Source of the DNA: Camelus ferus | Lineage: Eukaryota | Assembly (NCBI RefSeq): GCF_009834535.1 | Contig: NC_045696.1 | Coordinates: 70,868,001-70,932,000 of the forward strand | Length of the DNA: 64,000 bases | Direction: 5' to 3' | Part shown: positions 12,950 through 26,178 of the stretch, one piece after another | Layout of the letters: each line of letters starts with the position of its first letter | Numbering within the stretch: the first letter of the stretch is position 1 | Position numbers and translations under genes: made by a program | The notes under the pieces: model-generated | The model's database searches: none | Seen by the model: only the letters and a program-made list of their open reading frames with translations | What the model was told of the DNA's origin: nothing

Positions 12950-14110
12950 TATCCCCTGTGCAAATCTCTCATTTGACTTTTCTGAATCAGATGGTTAGCT
13001 TATGTCATCAATTCTGGAAAATTCTCAACCATTACCTTTTCAAATACTGCCTTTGCTCCATTCTCTCCCTCCCCTCTTGTCTAAACACGCATTGGATTTT
13101 CTCACTGTATCTGCTGTTTCAAATATCTTCTAATCTGTGTCTTCCATCTTTATGCCTCTCTGGGCTTCATTCTGGATGGCTTCTTCTGACTTACCTTCCT
13201 TTCCACTGATGATATGTTGTTAACCCTCTATTGCATTTTTATTGGATAATTGTAGTTTTCAGTTCTGTAATATCTAGTTGGTTCTTTTAAACATCTGCAA
13301 GATTTTCATATCCTTAAATAAACTTTAAATCCTGCTTTCCATTTCCATGGACAGTAAGCATTGCTTCATTATAGGTTGTATCTAGTAACTCTAATATTTG
13401 GGATCCCAGAGGGTCTGTTTCGATGATTTATGAGTTCTCTTGAGTCTGCCACATATTTTTTTTTAATTTATTTTACATTCATTGTGTGCCTTTGCACTTT
13501 CTGGACATTTTATTTGAATGACTATTTTGAGAATTAATGTGAGATCTAAGCTCTTCTTCCAGACAGGACCTTCCTTTCCTTCTGCCAGCATTTGAGGGCA
13601 CTCGGTTTAGGAACAGGACTTAAGAATATTCTAGACCACCACAAAGTCAGGCCCTGCCCCATTTCCAGTTGCAGGCCTCCGGGGTCTCCTCTGCAGAGCA
13701 GAGGGCGGGCATACACTAGGTTTCCACCATGGCGGACGGCAAACACCAACTCTGTCCCTCCAGCTCTACATTCTATATTCGGAGGATGGGCAGGCAGCCC
13801 CGGAGTAAAAATGTCAGTGAGGTGGGGTAGTAGGTTACTCTTGTGTATCTTCAGGACGCTGTGGAATGCAATGTCACCCCTTCCATTCACCCAAGAAGCC
13901 TGGCCTGTTAGCTGCCTTCTCTCATCGGGTGAACACATCTCAGATAAGGAGCAAAGGCTCACTCGGTTAGGGTCTTACCCCCTCCATGCTCTACTGTATT
14001 AATTCCTCTTCGTCTGTTAGGTCTTCAGTATTATTAGGAAGAGGTTTGCTCTCTCCTCTAACTTCTGTAGTTTCTTTAGAGGGAGGGTGGTTCATTCCTT
14101 GGTCTACCAT
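12950..14110 (-). mobile_element. Old L1ME/HAL1-like fragment
   Basis: caattctggaaaattctcaaccatta, ttgtagttttcagttctgtaatatctagttggttctttt are typical antisense old-L1 ORF1-region text. Confidence 0.55.
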
Positions 14111-14779
14111 TATTGGAAGCAGATGCCAGGGATTCTCTCATGCCCCTGGTACCACTTATCTACTGGCTGAACCCAGACCCTTCCTTATATTCATGCACAT
14201 TGAGCTTTACATGGAGCTAACAGGAGGGCATTAAAATACAGAGAGCAATTTACAGCTGGCCACTAGTGACGGCCGAATCTATAAGCCTGGGTCCACTAGA
14301 GGCCAGGAGGCCATCTTCCTCTCTCCCTGACCATCCATCAGGACACATCAGCATCACTGGTGTGAGTACTGGGCTTCCAGTGTGGTAATCTGATAGGGTT
14401 TGATCCTATCTGTATAAGTGGGTGGACAGGCTCTATGACATGAGCAGACCTCTCTGATGTGAGCCACCTGGGATAGGGGCCTGTTCTTAGGTAGGTAACC
14501 TTAACTCAAACATGGTGCCTTCCCCTTGAAGCCTCCTCTGATTCCCCCAACACAGACAAGGCCTCTCCCTGCCTCATGTCCTGCAGCCCTTTCTCAGTAC
14601 CAGGCATGAAGCCCTCATCACAATCTTGTATAATCAACATTTTATGTGCACGTCGTGCCTTCCCTTTTATGGTTTGTTTCTATTTCGTTTTGTTTGCCTT
14701 GGTTGAAGAGGCTTGGAGAATTCCTATTGCTCAGTCCATGCCATATTATTATCCTTGGTCTGCACAAAGTCCTTTAGTG

Positions 14780-15760
14780 ATTTTATTAATTAACTTATTC
14801 TCTTTTATCCCTACTCTCATTTCCCTCTCTCCACAAGTCATTGTTTTACTGTGTTAATGGGCATCTTTATTTGAATGTGTTCTTGCAAAATGTGCATTGT
14901 TGATTTATCTGTATACATATTTTTAAATGTTTGTGAAAGATGCTATTCAATATATCTTATTCTGTTTCCTTTTCTCTGTGCTCTTAACATTCAACCGTGT
15001 TCTGTGCAACATTTAGCTTGATGTCTAACCTCTGCATAATATCCTATCACGTGCACGTGCTCCACTCTGTAGAAATGAACACTCAGCTTGCCTTTAACTC
15101 CTGGCCTTCAATTGCTGGCCACTATGGAAACACACTGTGATGAACATCTTTATGAGAGTTCACTGATGAGTCTATATGAGGACTTTCCTGGGATATATAT
15201 CCAGAAGCAGGATTCCTAGGTCACAGAGGGTGCATATGTAGGACTCAATTTGACTGAGTAAAACCAGTCTCCTTTCCAGAATGGCTGCACCTGTCTGCAC
15301 ATCCATCAGGGACACATGATTGATTTCTACGTGACCAAATCCCCTCCAGCTTAGCATCACCCAGCTTTCTAATGGTTGCCAGCCTAATAGGTGCCAAACG
15401 ATATCTCATGGAGGACCGAATTTGCTTTTTTCTGACCATCAGTGATTTTGAGCATCTTGTCATATGCTTACTAGCTTCTTGGTTTCTTTTCTGTTGTTTG
15501 CCTGTCCATGTCCTTTGCCCATTTTTTCTACTGAAGTTGCTGGCTTTTTTCTGTTTTGATCACTAGCATTTCTTTGTGTAGTCTAGAATGATTTTAATAC
15601 CTTGTCAGTTTTAGACGTTGCAAATATCCTCTTCAATTCCACATTGCCTATTAACTTTCCCATAATGTCCTTTTAAAACAGAAGTCCTTCATTTTATGTA
15701 ATCAAATCATTAAATAAATTAATCATTTTCCTCCATGGATTAAGTCTCTTTTCTTACCAC
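14780..15760 (-). mobile_element. Old L1ME ORF2/3' fragment
   Basis: ggatatatatccagaagcaggattcctaggtca, ttgagcatcttgtcatatgctta. Confidence 0.7.
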
Positions 15761-17564
15761 CTACTAAATAATCCATCCTTTCCTCTTAGATTTGTGGTGC
15801 CCCCTTGTTGATTAAGTTTCCATAGCCAGGCAGGCCAACCATGGGGAAAGGCCCCCAGCTCTGCTTCCTGTGTCAGTCCCTGCCCAAACCCACACATGTC
15901 TCACTTCCGCAGGTGTGCAAAAGACCAAGCTGAGGGGCTTTAGGGGCTGAATCGCCCCCAAAGAAAGGCTTACATAACAGTGCCAAGGGCCTTGCATGGT
16001 TGGAGCTCAGCAGGGCCTGGTTCTGGCCCCAGTGAGGCTCAGAAAGGCCACTGAGCTAAAGGACTTCAGAGAGGCCACTCGGGGTCTGAGGCAGCCACAC
16101 TGGATCAATTCTAAGATGAGCTCAAGAGAGAGAGACTAGAAGAAAAGAGCCCACTCATAATAGAAAGGAGAGCAGAAAGGGAGGGGAAGGAAGGAAGGAA
16201 GGAAAAGAGACAGGGAAGCATAAATTTATCTAATAGGGTGGAGCTGGGCTCAGATAGAGATGAAACCCCTCACCTCAGGCAGGGTTCTTAGTGACAAACC
16301 ATGAAAACTATCTTTAGCAGATTTAATCAGAAAGGGGGTTTACTAAAGAAACCATTTGGAGAACTAAGAGCCAAGGAAGAGTCCAGGGCAGGTGTGTAGC
16401 ACCTAAACTCACTCCCAGGGAGGCCGCAGAGGATGAACCTGGCATTTCCAGCTTCTGTGAGGGAGCTGGGCTCTGCCTCCCACCTGTCTATCAGGTGTGG
16501 AGTTCCTTAAATAGAGGAAGCGGCTTCAGATTCTGAGCAGACAGAAAAAGTATGTCCACTAAGCTCCTCCTCTCCTGTACATGTCTGTGTTCCCTGAACA
16601 GTGTGGATGTGAGGTATGCCTGGAAAAACAGAACTTGAATTTTGTTGACAGTCAGGGTTCAGAGATGATGCATACCCTGGGGTCCACAATAAGAGCCATT
16701 GTAAGAAGGAACAGTGAGACACTGAAGAGGATATTTGCTACAAAAGAGGAAGGCATCTCATATTACAAATCCCACTCATCCTCAAACCCTGAGGGTCCAA
16801 GTGACTTAGACCCAACTTCCCATAGCTGCGGGTGGTATACTTGAGAGAGAGTCTAGCTGGAGGACCTAGGAGAGTGGTCTCACAGGACAGTAGAGCCCTG
16901 CAGAGCTCAAAGAATCTTCCTGTGGGGTCCCCTCTCCAGTGGAGAAAGAGCTGTTTCCGTCTCACTTGGCAAGAGCATCATTCCTTGGGGAGACTTGTCA
17001 GAGAGCTAAACCAAGCAAGACTAGGGCCCCTCCTAGTTATTGAGGGCATTGCCTGTGGAGTCCCAGCCCCAGAGACCCAGCTCAGCCAGCACCAAGTGTG
17101 GGCTCCCCACGGTGATGGCAGCACCGCAGGCCAAAATGGGGCGGGAGGGCTCCAGGCCAGCCGGCCGCAGCTTCCCAGGCGGCTGCTGAGGGCCAGCACG
17201 CAGAACGGGCCGTACGTCTGCACCTGGCCAGCAACATGCTGACAGAGCAACAACCAGAGCTGAGTCTTGGCGGACGAGACTCCATCGTCTCTCTCAGCGC
17301 AGAAGAGAAACTCTGTAAGATTCTAAGACCCTCTGTGACATTGCAAATGTCGGTGGCAAAGAGCCACTAATACTTGAACACTTGTGTTAATCAGACTGGA
17401 CTTGTCGTCCCAGGCTGGTGAAACCTGGGGTGCTGGTAGCACGGTTGTAATAACGAACACAAGTGTCAGGTCGTGTAGCATTCTCACGGATTAGCTTAAT
17501 GCCCGGGCAGGACAGAGGCATCAGTGGAAGCCCAGGAAGCAAAACGGTATTACTGAGGCTTTGC

Positions 17565-18330
17565 CCCTGTCCCCCGGGAACACCTACCTGAGAGGTGAGC
17601 CTACCTGTTCACCAATGGTTAGGCTGTCATCATGCTCCTCCCGATGGGAGGGAAGGGGCAGTCATTCCCTGTGAAGGGTCCTGGGCTCTTCTCCCCAGTG
17701 CTGGTGTCCCTGCCCTGCTGGGTCTAGGTCCTACAAAGGGGTGTGAAGGCAGAGGTGGTGGCAGCAGGTGCCTCCGGAAGAGGCAGGGGAAGATATTCCT
17801 CCTTAATATCAGCCTTGATAGGCTCTTCTGGTTTTCAAGGATAATGCAGATGATAACGGTGGATTAGGAGGAGGCAGAGGAGCTGGTCCTACTGCACAAC
17901 GGGGCAGCCAGTTACAGGGTTTGGCATTCTTCCTGCTAAGTGTGTGGTGGCTGTAATGAACCAGGCTGGGCCGGCACAGCAGCACGTGAAGATGGGTTGG
18001 GCTGCCAAGGCCTTGGCCTTCGGTGTAGGTGTTCAAGGCATGGACAGCCCATTAGCTACCAGCTGCTGCAACTGTGTGGGACAATGCGCCCCCCAATTTG
18101 CTGGGGACCCTGAGCTTCCTCTCCACCTTCTGATGGCACCTAGCCTGAGGGGCTATCTTGTGAGCACCATCTGCAGCCTCTGGCACCATGGTTGCCCCTC
18201 CTATCAAAGGGCAGGGACCAGCCCACCATGCCCGGTGGGCCCCAGAGGTGGAGCCCAGGAAGCTCAGGGCAGAGGCTCTGCTACAGGAGGGAGCTTCCAG
18301 GCTCAGAACTGTCCCCTGAGGATGCCCACA
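17565..18330 (+). pseudogene. Decayed paralog of the TEDDM3-like gene (tandem duplicate, many indels and stops)
   Basis: Colinear by-eye matches to 26930-27870: cagtgctggtgtccctgccctgctg; ggcagaggtggtggcagc; atcagccttgataggctcttc; ttcttcctgctaag; cagcacgtgaagatgggttgggctgccaaggccttggccttc; ttctgatggcacct; ctgcagcctctggcaccat; 3'UTR ggatgcccac. The 5' boundary is less certain than the rest. Confidence 0.85.
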
Positions 18331-19751
18331 GGTGGGCCAACTCAAGTGTCCTGAGAGCCACAGTTTGATTTCCTAACCTCTGAACCATGTTCTTATTTCC
18401 TGGGGCTGTTGAGCTTGTGGGATGGCTTCAGGACCTGTCTGTCAGTCTGTCTTGCTGTGCGAAAGTGGCTTCCTGGCCTCTCTGGAGGTTTGGGGATTCC
18501 AGAGGTTGGGCTGAGATGGAGGAGTTGGGGGAATCAGGGTGGACCAGTGGGTCTTTCCAGTTCTCACTGGAACGACTGTGACAAGGATGTTTGGGAAGAA
18601 GGGTATGTGAGGGGCTGTCCCGGTACAGGCTCATCCTTGACAAGAGGGTTGTGTGTCTGCATTTCTCTTGGTCTTTTTCGAAAACACTGTTAACTGGTCG
18701 AAACCAAAAGCTGACTCCCAGAAAGTGTGCTGGGTGATTGGAGGAATACCCTCTACTGATCCGGAAAAGGTCTGGATGGAGAGAGAGGGTCGAGCAACAT
18801 GCCTGGACACCAGGTTCCTCATGGGCTTCTTCTGCGTTCTTTATTTTTTATGTAAAACTTTTTATTCAAGCATAACAAAAATACAGACAAGTTCATAAAT
18901 TTCAAGAATGCAGCTCAGTCACTTTTCCCCAAATCACCTGTGTAACCAGCATCCGATCAAGAAATAGAAATGTAACAGAATCCCAGAAGCCCCTCCCAGT
19001 TCCTCCCAGTCACTCCCGCTCATGTTCACCTTCTCCTGACTTCTAACACCTTAGTTAGTTTAGCCAGTTTGGGGACTTAATATGAACAGAATCATAAGAT
19101 ATTACTAAGGGACTTTTAAAAGCAGAAATATGTAATACCTAATATTGGGAGTTTTGCTTTGGGATGATATAATCCCCAATCACCATCACCCTCACACGTG
19201 TAGTAAATTCTGCTGCATAGATAATGCATTTTGCAAGCATTTTTCATTTTGCTTTCTAATGGGTAGAGGTGGGAATCAATGAAAAGGCACCAAGTCTCTC
19301 CTCTGGGTCACTGCAAACACACACCAAATGGCGCTGCTGCAGAATGTGTTTAGAACAGACTCAGACACTCGGCGTCTGGTGGGAGGGAAACCTCAGCCTT
19401 GGAATGCTCAAAAGCCTTGGACAGAGAGTTGGACTTCCCAGAGTGTGGGATAGACGCTGAGCTAACTTCATCTACATTTGAAAAGATAGGGTGATGCTCC
19501 ATTAGCATCTGGGTCACAAACTAATAAGCACAGTGTTTCATTAGAGGAGATACAAAGAACCATGCGTGGACATCCCTATTTGACGTTAACTGGATGGTTC
19601 ATTCCTGTGTGAATTATACCTGCTTGAGTCAGGTTATGGAGCTGAAGCAAACCAAGCCCATCCAAGTCTAGAAAGAGAGGAGGAAGGAGGCTCCAGCCAC
19701 AGATATGGAAAGGGAGAGAGGTCACCATCCATCCACCTATGTAGAAATGTT

Positions 19752-20287
19752 TTGTTTTGTTTAATTGAAGTATAGTCAGTTTATAATGTGTCAATTTCTG
19801 GTGTACAGCATAATGTTTCAGTCATACATATTCATTGTCATATTCTTTTTCATTATAGGTTACTGTAAGATATTGAATATAGTTCTCTGTGCTATACAGA
19901 AGAAACTTGTTTATCTAGTTTATATATACCAGTTAATATTTGCAAATCTCAAACTCCAAATTTATTCCTTCCCATTCCCTTTCCCTCTGGTAACCATAAG
20001 ATTGTTTACTATGTCTATGAGTCTGTTTTGTAGATAAGTTCATTAGTGTCTTCTTTTTTCTAGATTCCACATATGAGTGATCTCATATGGTATATTTCTT
20101 TCTCTTTCTGGTTTACTTCACTTAGAATGACGATCTCCAGGTGCATCCACGTTGCTGCAAATGGTATTATTTTATTCTTTTTTAAGGCTTAGTAGTATTC
20201 TATTGTATAAATACACCACATCTTCTTTATCCAGACATCTGTTGATGGACATTCAGATTCTTTCCATGTCCTGGCTATTGTATATAG
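19752..20287 (-). mobile_element. L1 3' end (cetartiodactyl/camelid type)
   Basis: ttgaagtatagtcagtttataatgtg...tagattccacatatgagtgat...; short direct repeat agaaatgtt at 19743-19751 and 20288-20296. Confidence 0.85.
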
Positions 20288-20577
20288 AGAAATGTTGTTA
20301 TTGGAGGTAGAAGTGCTGCAGGAGGCATGGAGAGGGTCTCCAGGACGAGTCTTGGGCAGAAGACAGACCAAATCTTAAAGAACAAGTGAAACTTCTTTGC
20401 CCTCTCCCCCACCCCACCTCCCCCTCAGGAGCAGCAATAGTTGAGCTTCTCCAGGGAGTAGGGGGCTGACTCCAGCGAGAGGGCAGGACCGGCCCTTCCA
20501 ACAGTAACCCCAGCTACCATAAGGCGGTTCTCAACCTGACTGCAAATTATAATCACTGGGGTGAGTTATTTTTCACT

Positions 20578-20870
20578 TTTTAAAAAAATTGTGATAAAAA
20601 ATAGATAACATAAAAGGTATCATTTTAATCATTTTTAAGTATACAGTTCAGTGGCATTAAGTGCATTCACACTGTTGTGTAACCATCACCACTAGCCCTC
20701 TCCAGAACTCTTTCATCTTCCCATAGAGACTCTGTCCCCATTTAACAGTAACTCCCCACCGCCCTCCTCCCCACCCTCTGGCAACCACCATTCTACCTTC
20801 TGTCTCTATGACTTTGACTACTCTAGACACCTCATGTAAGTGGAATCACAGTATTTGTCCTTTTGTGTCT
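20578..20870 (-). mobile_element. L1MB-type 3' fragment
   Basis: tacagttcagtggcattaagtgcattcacactgttgtgtaaccatcacc. Confidence 0.75.
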
Positions 20871-22130
20871 GCGGGGGAAATTTTTAAAACATTAATGTCC
20901 CAGTCCAACAACCCCTGATCAATAAATCAGAACTTCAGGGTTGGATGCAGTGGGGGCTGGACCCCTTCCCCACAGCAAACACATCTCAGCACCTACTGGC
21001 CGATGTCAAAAATTCCTTTAGTTGTGGGCAAAGCTAAGGATTTTCCTTCTTCAAATGGAGATGACAGACTTAAAATGACTGAGATGTCAGAGTGACTGAA
21101 ACTCATCTGCCAAAGATAATCCATCAGTCAACAAGTGTAAGTGATTGTTATCAGGCACTGTCTCATTTTGAGAGCTAGATCTCAGACAGTAGCACACGAT
21201 GAGTAACCACCAGCTTGGGAAACGGGGAGAGACAGACACACCGGAGACTCATGGCTACTTTTGGTGTGGGGGGTAGTGATAAAGGTTAGTCCTGTTTACC
21301 TTTAGTTACCCTATGGACAAAATAGGAGTTGGGAGTAGAGGAATTCAGGTCCAACACATCTGTGCACTCTCCCAGTTTACTGGAACATGGCCACCCTGAC
21401 ATATGGTTCCCATCAACTGTATTTCTGCATGATTCTTGAATTCCCCTCCTCCTTCACTGTTTTTTTTTTTTTTTTTTTTTTTTGACTGCACTGACTTCAT
21501 TACAAAGGAACTTCACTTACATGGGTTCTAACTGAGGCATGACCAGTGCCTTGTTCAAGAAATAGCTCCTTCTGTTGCTTGTTTCTGCAGAACTAGAAAT
21601 ACATGGAAAATGATCAGATGGGGTAGAGAGACAGAGAGATGGAGAGAGGCAGAGAAAGACAAAGAGAGATAGATACAAACATATATAAAATAACAGGATG
21701 ACAAGAAAGATTTCACACCAAGCTCATAACATTGGTTCTCCCTATGAAGGGAGAAAGGTATGGGAAAGGACTTGGAAAGATTTGAATTTATTTTTCTAAA
21801 CCCTGAAGCAAACATGACAAAATGTTAACACTTGTGCATTCTGTATTGGCATTTGCTGTGTTATATTACTTTTTATTCGTCTGTGCTTTTTGGTGTCTTA
21901 AAAAGTTGTCAGTATTGCATATGTATCCTTATAAATAATTGTACACATAAATATACATGAATAAAGAAATGTTTTGATGACTAAAGAGAGCTCTTACAAA
22001 GGTTTTAATGCTAATTTTATCATAAAATTAAATTAATAAAGCTTCATGGAACAGTTGAAAAAATACAAAACAAAAATTCGACACAAATTAATATTTCCCA
22101 AAGAGCTACCATCCAGAATCCGCCCCATTT

Positions 22131-22315
22131 TGGGGGGAGTGGGTGGCTCAGTGGCAGAGTGCTGTGCTTGCCATGCACAAGGTCCAGCACCTCCATTAAA
22201 ATAAATAAATAACTAAACAAACATAATTACCCCCCTCCAATTTTTTTAAATTAACACAACATTGTAAACAGACTATACTTCAATAAACAAAATAAAAACT
22301 AAAAAAATTAAAATA
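22131..22315 (+). mobile_element. Degenerate Vic-1-like SINE followed by an L1-type tail
   Basis: ggtggctcagtggcagagtg A-box head, cacctccattaaaataaataaa, aattaccccc, then aacacaacattgtaaacagactatacttcaataaa. Confidence 0.7.
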
Positions 22316-22939
22316 TACTCACAGAACTTGCCACATTTTGATGTCTTGATATCCAAGCTTTTCCTCCATGCTTTAAATAGTTGGCATCATTGATTTCAAA
22401 TTTTCAGATGGTTTCTGAACACAAAAATACTTGCTCATTGTAAAATGCAGAAAAAGGAAAGACAAATTACCCATTGCCTTACTACCTGGAGTGCCCCTAT
22501 CAAGGTTCTTGATGGTAAAAACAAAAATCTGATTCTAGTTGGGAGGAGACACAAATTACTGGAAAGATTGGAAGTAGCATACATTGTCAGTGGGGAGATG
22601 GGTTTACATGGGTCTTTGCTTTCATTTGTCTCTTCCTTTGGTCTTTATACGATAGAGTGACCCAAACGTTGTTGGATATTGAAAGGCTGGACCTTAATGC
22701 CAATTTGATCTTGGTTTAAATGTTATTTCTTTGATAGCTTCATGTGAAGGAGTCACTCACTATTGCAATAGCTTAATTTTTTTTTTTTGAGGGGAGATAG
22801 CTTATCCTTTATCATCTTCTACCATTTTTCTTGTTTACTTGTGTATTTATTTGTTTCTTGTCTCTCTTCAGTACTGTATCATCAGGACCTGGCATTAGCA
22901 GTATGCACAGTTGAATGAATAAATGAATCAAAGAGCCTT

Positions 22940-24370
22940 TGGTGGTCTCACCTACCAAGTATCTTCCTTTAACTACCATTGGAAGGCAACCTAGTGAAGC
23001 ACCTGAGTTTCATCTGCATCCCTCCTCCCCATCTCCTTGTGTAGCAGCAATTCTACATCCCTGTTTTAATCAGAATCACTTGCAACAGCCAACACCATAT
23101 GCCTCCTTTTTTGCCTGTTTGCCTTGTGCCTTGAGGAGCCTGAAACATCCATGTGACTGCCTCAGCTTCCTGTTCAATGAAATCATCAACATGTCCCTGG
23201 ATGGGTATATTCTCCCCTTTGATGCTAAAATTGTGAACCTTCAGGGTCTAGTGTTGCTAGGATGGGAAAAAATATTTTTTATAGCCATTCACTATTGCAG
23301 CAGACTTAGCATTTTCTTGGCTTATTATTTATCATTCTTTACCACTTTCCTTAATTAATATTGAGGAGCAGAAGGAAATACATCATCCTCTGTGAGGCAA
23401 AATCTGTATTGTTAAGGCCACAGATAAGCTCCACCCCAGCCACCATGGCCACACAGGTACATGAGCCCACTGAGCATACACTGGAGTGGAGGGGAAGGTA
23501 GCGGAACGCCATCCATAGAGTGGGCTGTCCTGGTCCCTGGTTACTGAACACCTTCACTGTGAGAGTATTTTGCTGAGCATTCACATGAGACACACACATC
23601 CTGGGTCCATTCTGAGAGTTGGAGCTATTAACTCTTCCCCAAACTTTTTTGTCATAAATCCTCTAATTTTATTTCTTCTAGGTCATTGATCATATGACCA
23701 GATATTAACCACTACCCAGGATTTGAATGGTCTTTGAGACATTCCAGAAAAAGTAGAAAATTAAAAAATAAAAAATGCTCTGTTCAAAGTTCTGCTCCCT
23801 GGAGATGTTTCTTTGCTCTGTTGATCTTTAGGACCCTCTGGAGTGGGACTACAGCACTGCTTGGTGCTTTCCTGATAGTGCCATCTGGAACCAAGCTTGA
23901 AAGTGTCCCCCTCATCAAGTAGTCACAGAGAGCCCTACACATGGCCCTCGGTGTTGGCTGAGGGAGGAGAGGGAGGAGGAAGCATGCTGGAAATGTGAGG
24001 AACACATTCACATCACTTATTTGTGCTTTCAGGTCATGCTCGAGCCTGGCCTTATTGTACCATAGCTGTTTGATAGTGGAGCACTGTCATGCATGCCTGA
24101 CTTCAGACTTAGAAAAAACTCAGATCACGTGGTTACCTGGTGTCTGATATGGAGAGTGCTCAGTCTCCAGAAGAGCCCAATACACACTAAGAGCAGTTTC
24201 TCAGAATGAGGATGGATGGTCGCTTGCCCACATGGTTATGGTTTTGCTCCAAAATTAGAGTCTTCACTGTGATTCTTCCACCTGGACTTGATATGGTCTC
24301 CATGAAATTTACTACCTCTGGGTCCACGAGGCAATAATAAATCTGCATGTGCTGCAACCTGTGTCGGTTG
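22940..24370 (-). mobile_element. ERVL/MaLR internal-sequence remnant
   Basis: Degenerate retroviral-internal-like text (ccatagagtgggctgtcctggtccctgg, tgagcattcacatgagacac); subfamily not resolved. Confidence 0.5.
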
Positions 24371-24654
24371 GAAGGTCTTCCCTTACACTGGCCTCCACCT
24401 GAAAACAAACATATATGGACACTACCCAACAAGAACAGAATCACATTCTTCTCCGGTGCGCATGGAACATTCCCCAGGACAGACTCTGTGTTAGGTCACA
24501 AGTCAAGTCTCAGAACTGTGAAAGACAGATACCATACCAAATGTCGTCTCCAATCACAATGGGATGAAGTTAGAAATCACAACAGCAGGAAAATTGGAAA
24601 ATTCACAGATTTGTCGAAATGAAACAGCACAGTCTTAAATAACCAATGGGTCAA

Positions 24655-25040
24655 GGTATTAGTTAGCTTCAGCCACTGTAACAAAAACACCACAGACCGA
24701 GTAGTCGAAACAGCAGGTACTTATTTCTCCAGTTCTGGAGTCTGGGACTTCCAAAACCAAGGTGCCAGCCAATTCAGCTCCTGGCAAAGACCTAATTCCT
24801 TGTTTTCAGAATACCACCTTCTCTCTGTGTTCTCTCATGGCAGAGAGAGAGTTCTGGTCTCTTTCTTCTTGTAAGGACATGAATCCCATCATGGGGGCCC
24901 CAGCCACATGACCTCATCTAAAACTAATTGCCTCCCAAAGGCCCCACCTCCAACTACCCCTTTGAGGGGTTAGTGCTTCAACATATGAATTTTAAGGGAA
25001 CACAGAGATTCAGTCTGTAACATTCTGCCCCTCACCTCCC
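24655..25040. mobile_element. MLT1 (MaLR) LTR
   Basis: tgtaacaaaaacaccacagac...ttctggagtctggga...catgacctcatctaaaactaattgcctcccaaaggccccacctcc...ttcaacatatgaattt. Confidence 0.85.
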
Positions 25041-25671
25041 CGTCTCTGTGCCTCTGCTTGGCATGTTACTTACCCGCAGCTCCAGGTAGCCCCATCCCCA
25101 AGGCTCCACTGGCCACTGTCTAGCCCACTGAAACTTTCAGTCCATAACAGGTATCATGTTGATTTTATTATTATTCATTTGCTTACCAGTGAGAGTCATT
25201 ATCTTGGATTGCATAGGTTTATTAAACATTTATAGCTTTTCTTAGATGAATAGCCACTTTGTATCCTTTGCCCATTTTCCTACGGAGCTGTTCATTTTCA
25301 GTTATTTGATTGTAAGAGATCTTTATACTATAAGAAGACTAACACTTTGTTGCATTCAGAGTAAAATTTTACAGTTTGTTTTTCTCCTGAAATTTGTTTT
25401 TTAACAGTAATTTTAATACAGAAATAAATTATTAATTACAATGTTTAATTTCTATTAATAAAAACTTCACAATTTTAAAATATAATCAAGTCTTTCATTT
25501 TTTTTCCTTTACGATTCCTGCTTCGGTATCATTCATAGAAATACTCGAACAACTTCAGCATCACAGGAGTTTAGCAAGGAGTGTTAGTAATTAACAACAG
25601 TAAAATTACTAATAACCAGTGTCATGTTTTGAGTATTTCCTATGTATCAGACACTCTACGTACATATTCTA

Positions 25672-26178
25672 CAGGCAGACCTCAGAGATACTGCAGGTTC
25701 AGTTCCACATCACTGCAATAAAGAAAATATTGCCAGAAAGCAAGTCACAAATCTTTTGGTTTCCCAGTGCACATCAAAGTTATGTTTATAGTATACTGTA
25801 GTCTATTAAGTGTGCAATAAATAGCTTTATGTCTAAAAAAAAACCATACCCTAATTTTAAAATACTTTGTTGCTAAAAAAAATGCAAAAACAATTACAAT
25901 AGTAACATCAAAGATCACACTGATCACAGATCACCATAACAAATATACAAAATAAGGAAAAAGTTTGAAAGATTATGAGAATTACCGAAATGTGGCACAG
26001 AGGCACAAAGTGAGCAAGTACTGTTAGAAAACTGGTGCCAGTAGACTTGCTTGATGCAGGATTGCCACAAACTTTCGATTTGTAAACATAAACTAAAACA
26101 AAAACAAACCCCTCCCCCCAAAAAACACAGCATCCGCAAAGCTCAATAAAGCAAAGTCCAACAGATGAGGTATGTCTG
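25672..26178. mobile_element. Internally deleted Tigger1-family DNA transposon inserted in a MIR
   Basis: Terminal inverted repeats caggcagacctc / gaggtatgtctg, TA at 25670-25671 and 26179-26180; MIR text (attcccattctacagatcaggaaac) resumes afterwards. Confidence 0.85.

Noticed and set aside
17595..18354. ORFs 17595-17867 and 17944-18354 as real genes
   Set aside because: They start at GTG and cross frames of the decayed TEDDM copy; only short pieces (QQHVKMGWAAKALAF, CSLWH) are in the ancestral frame
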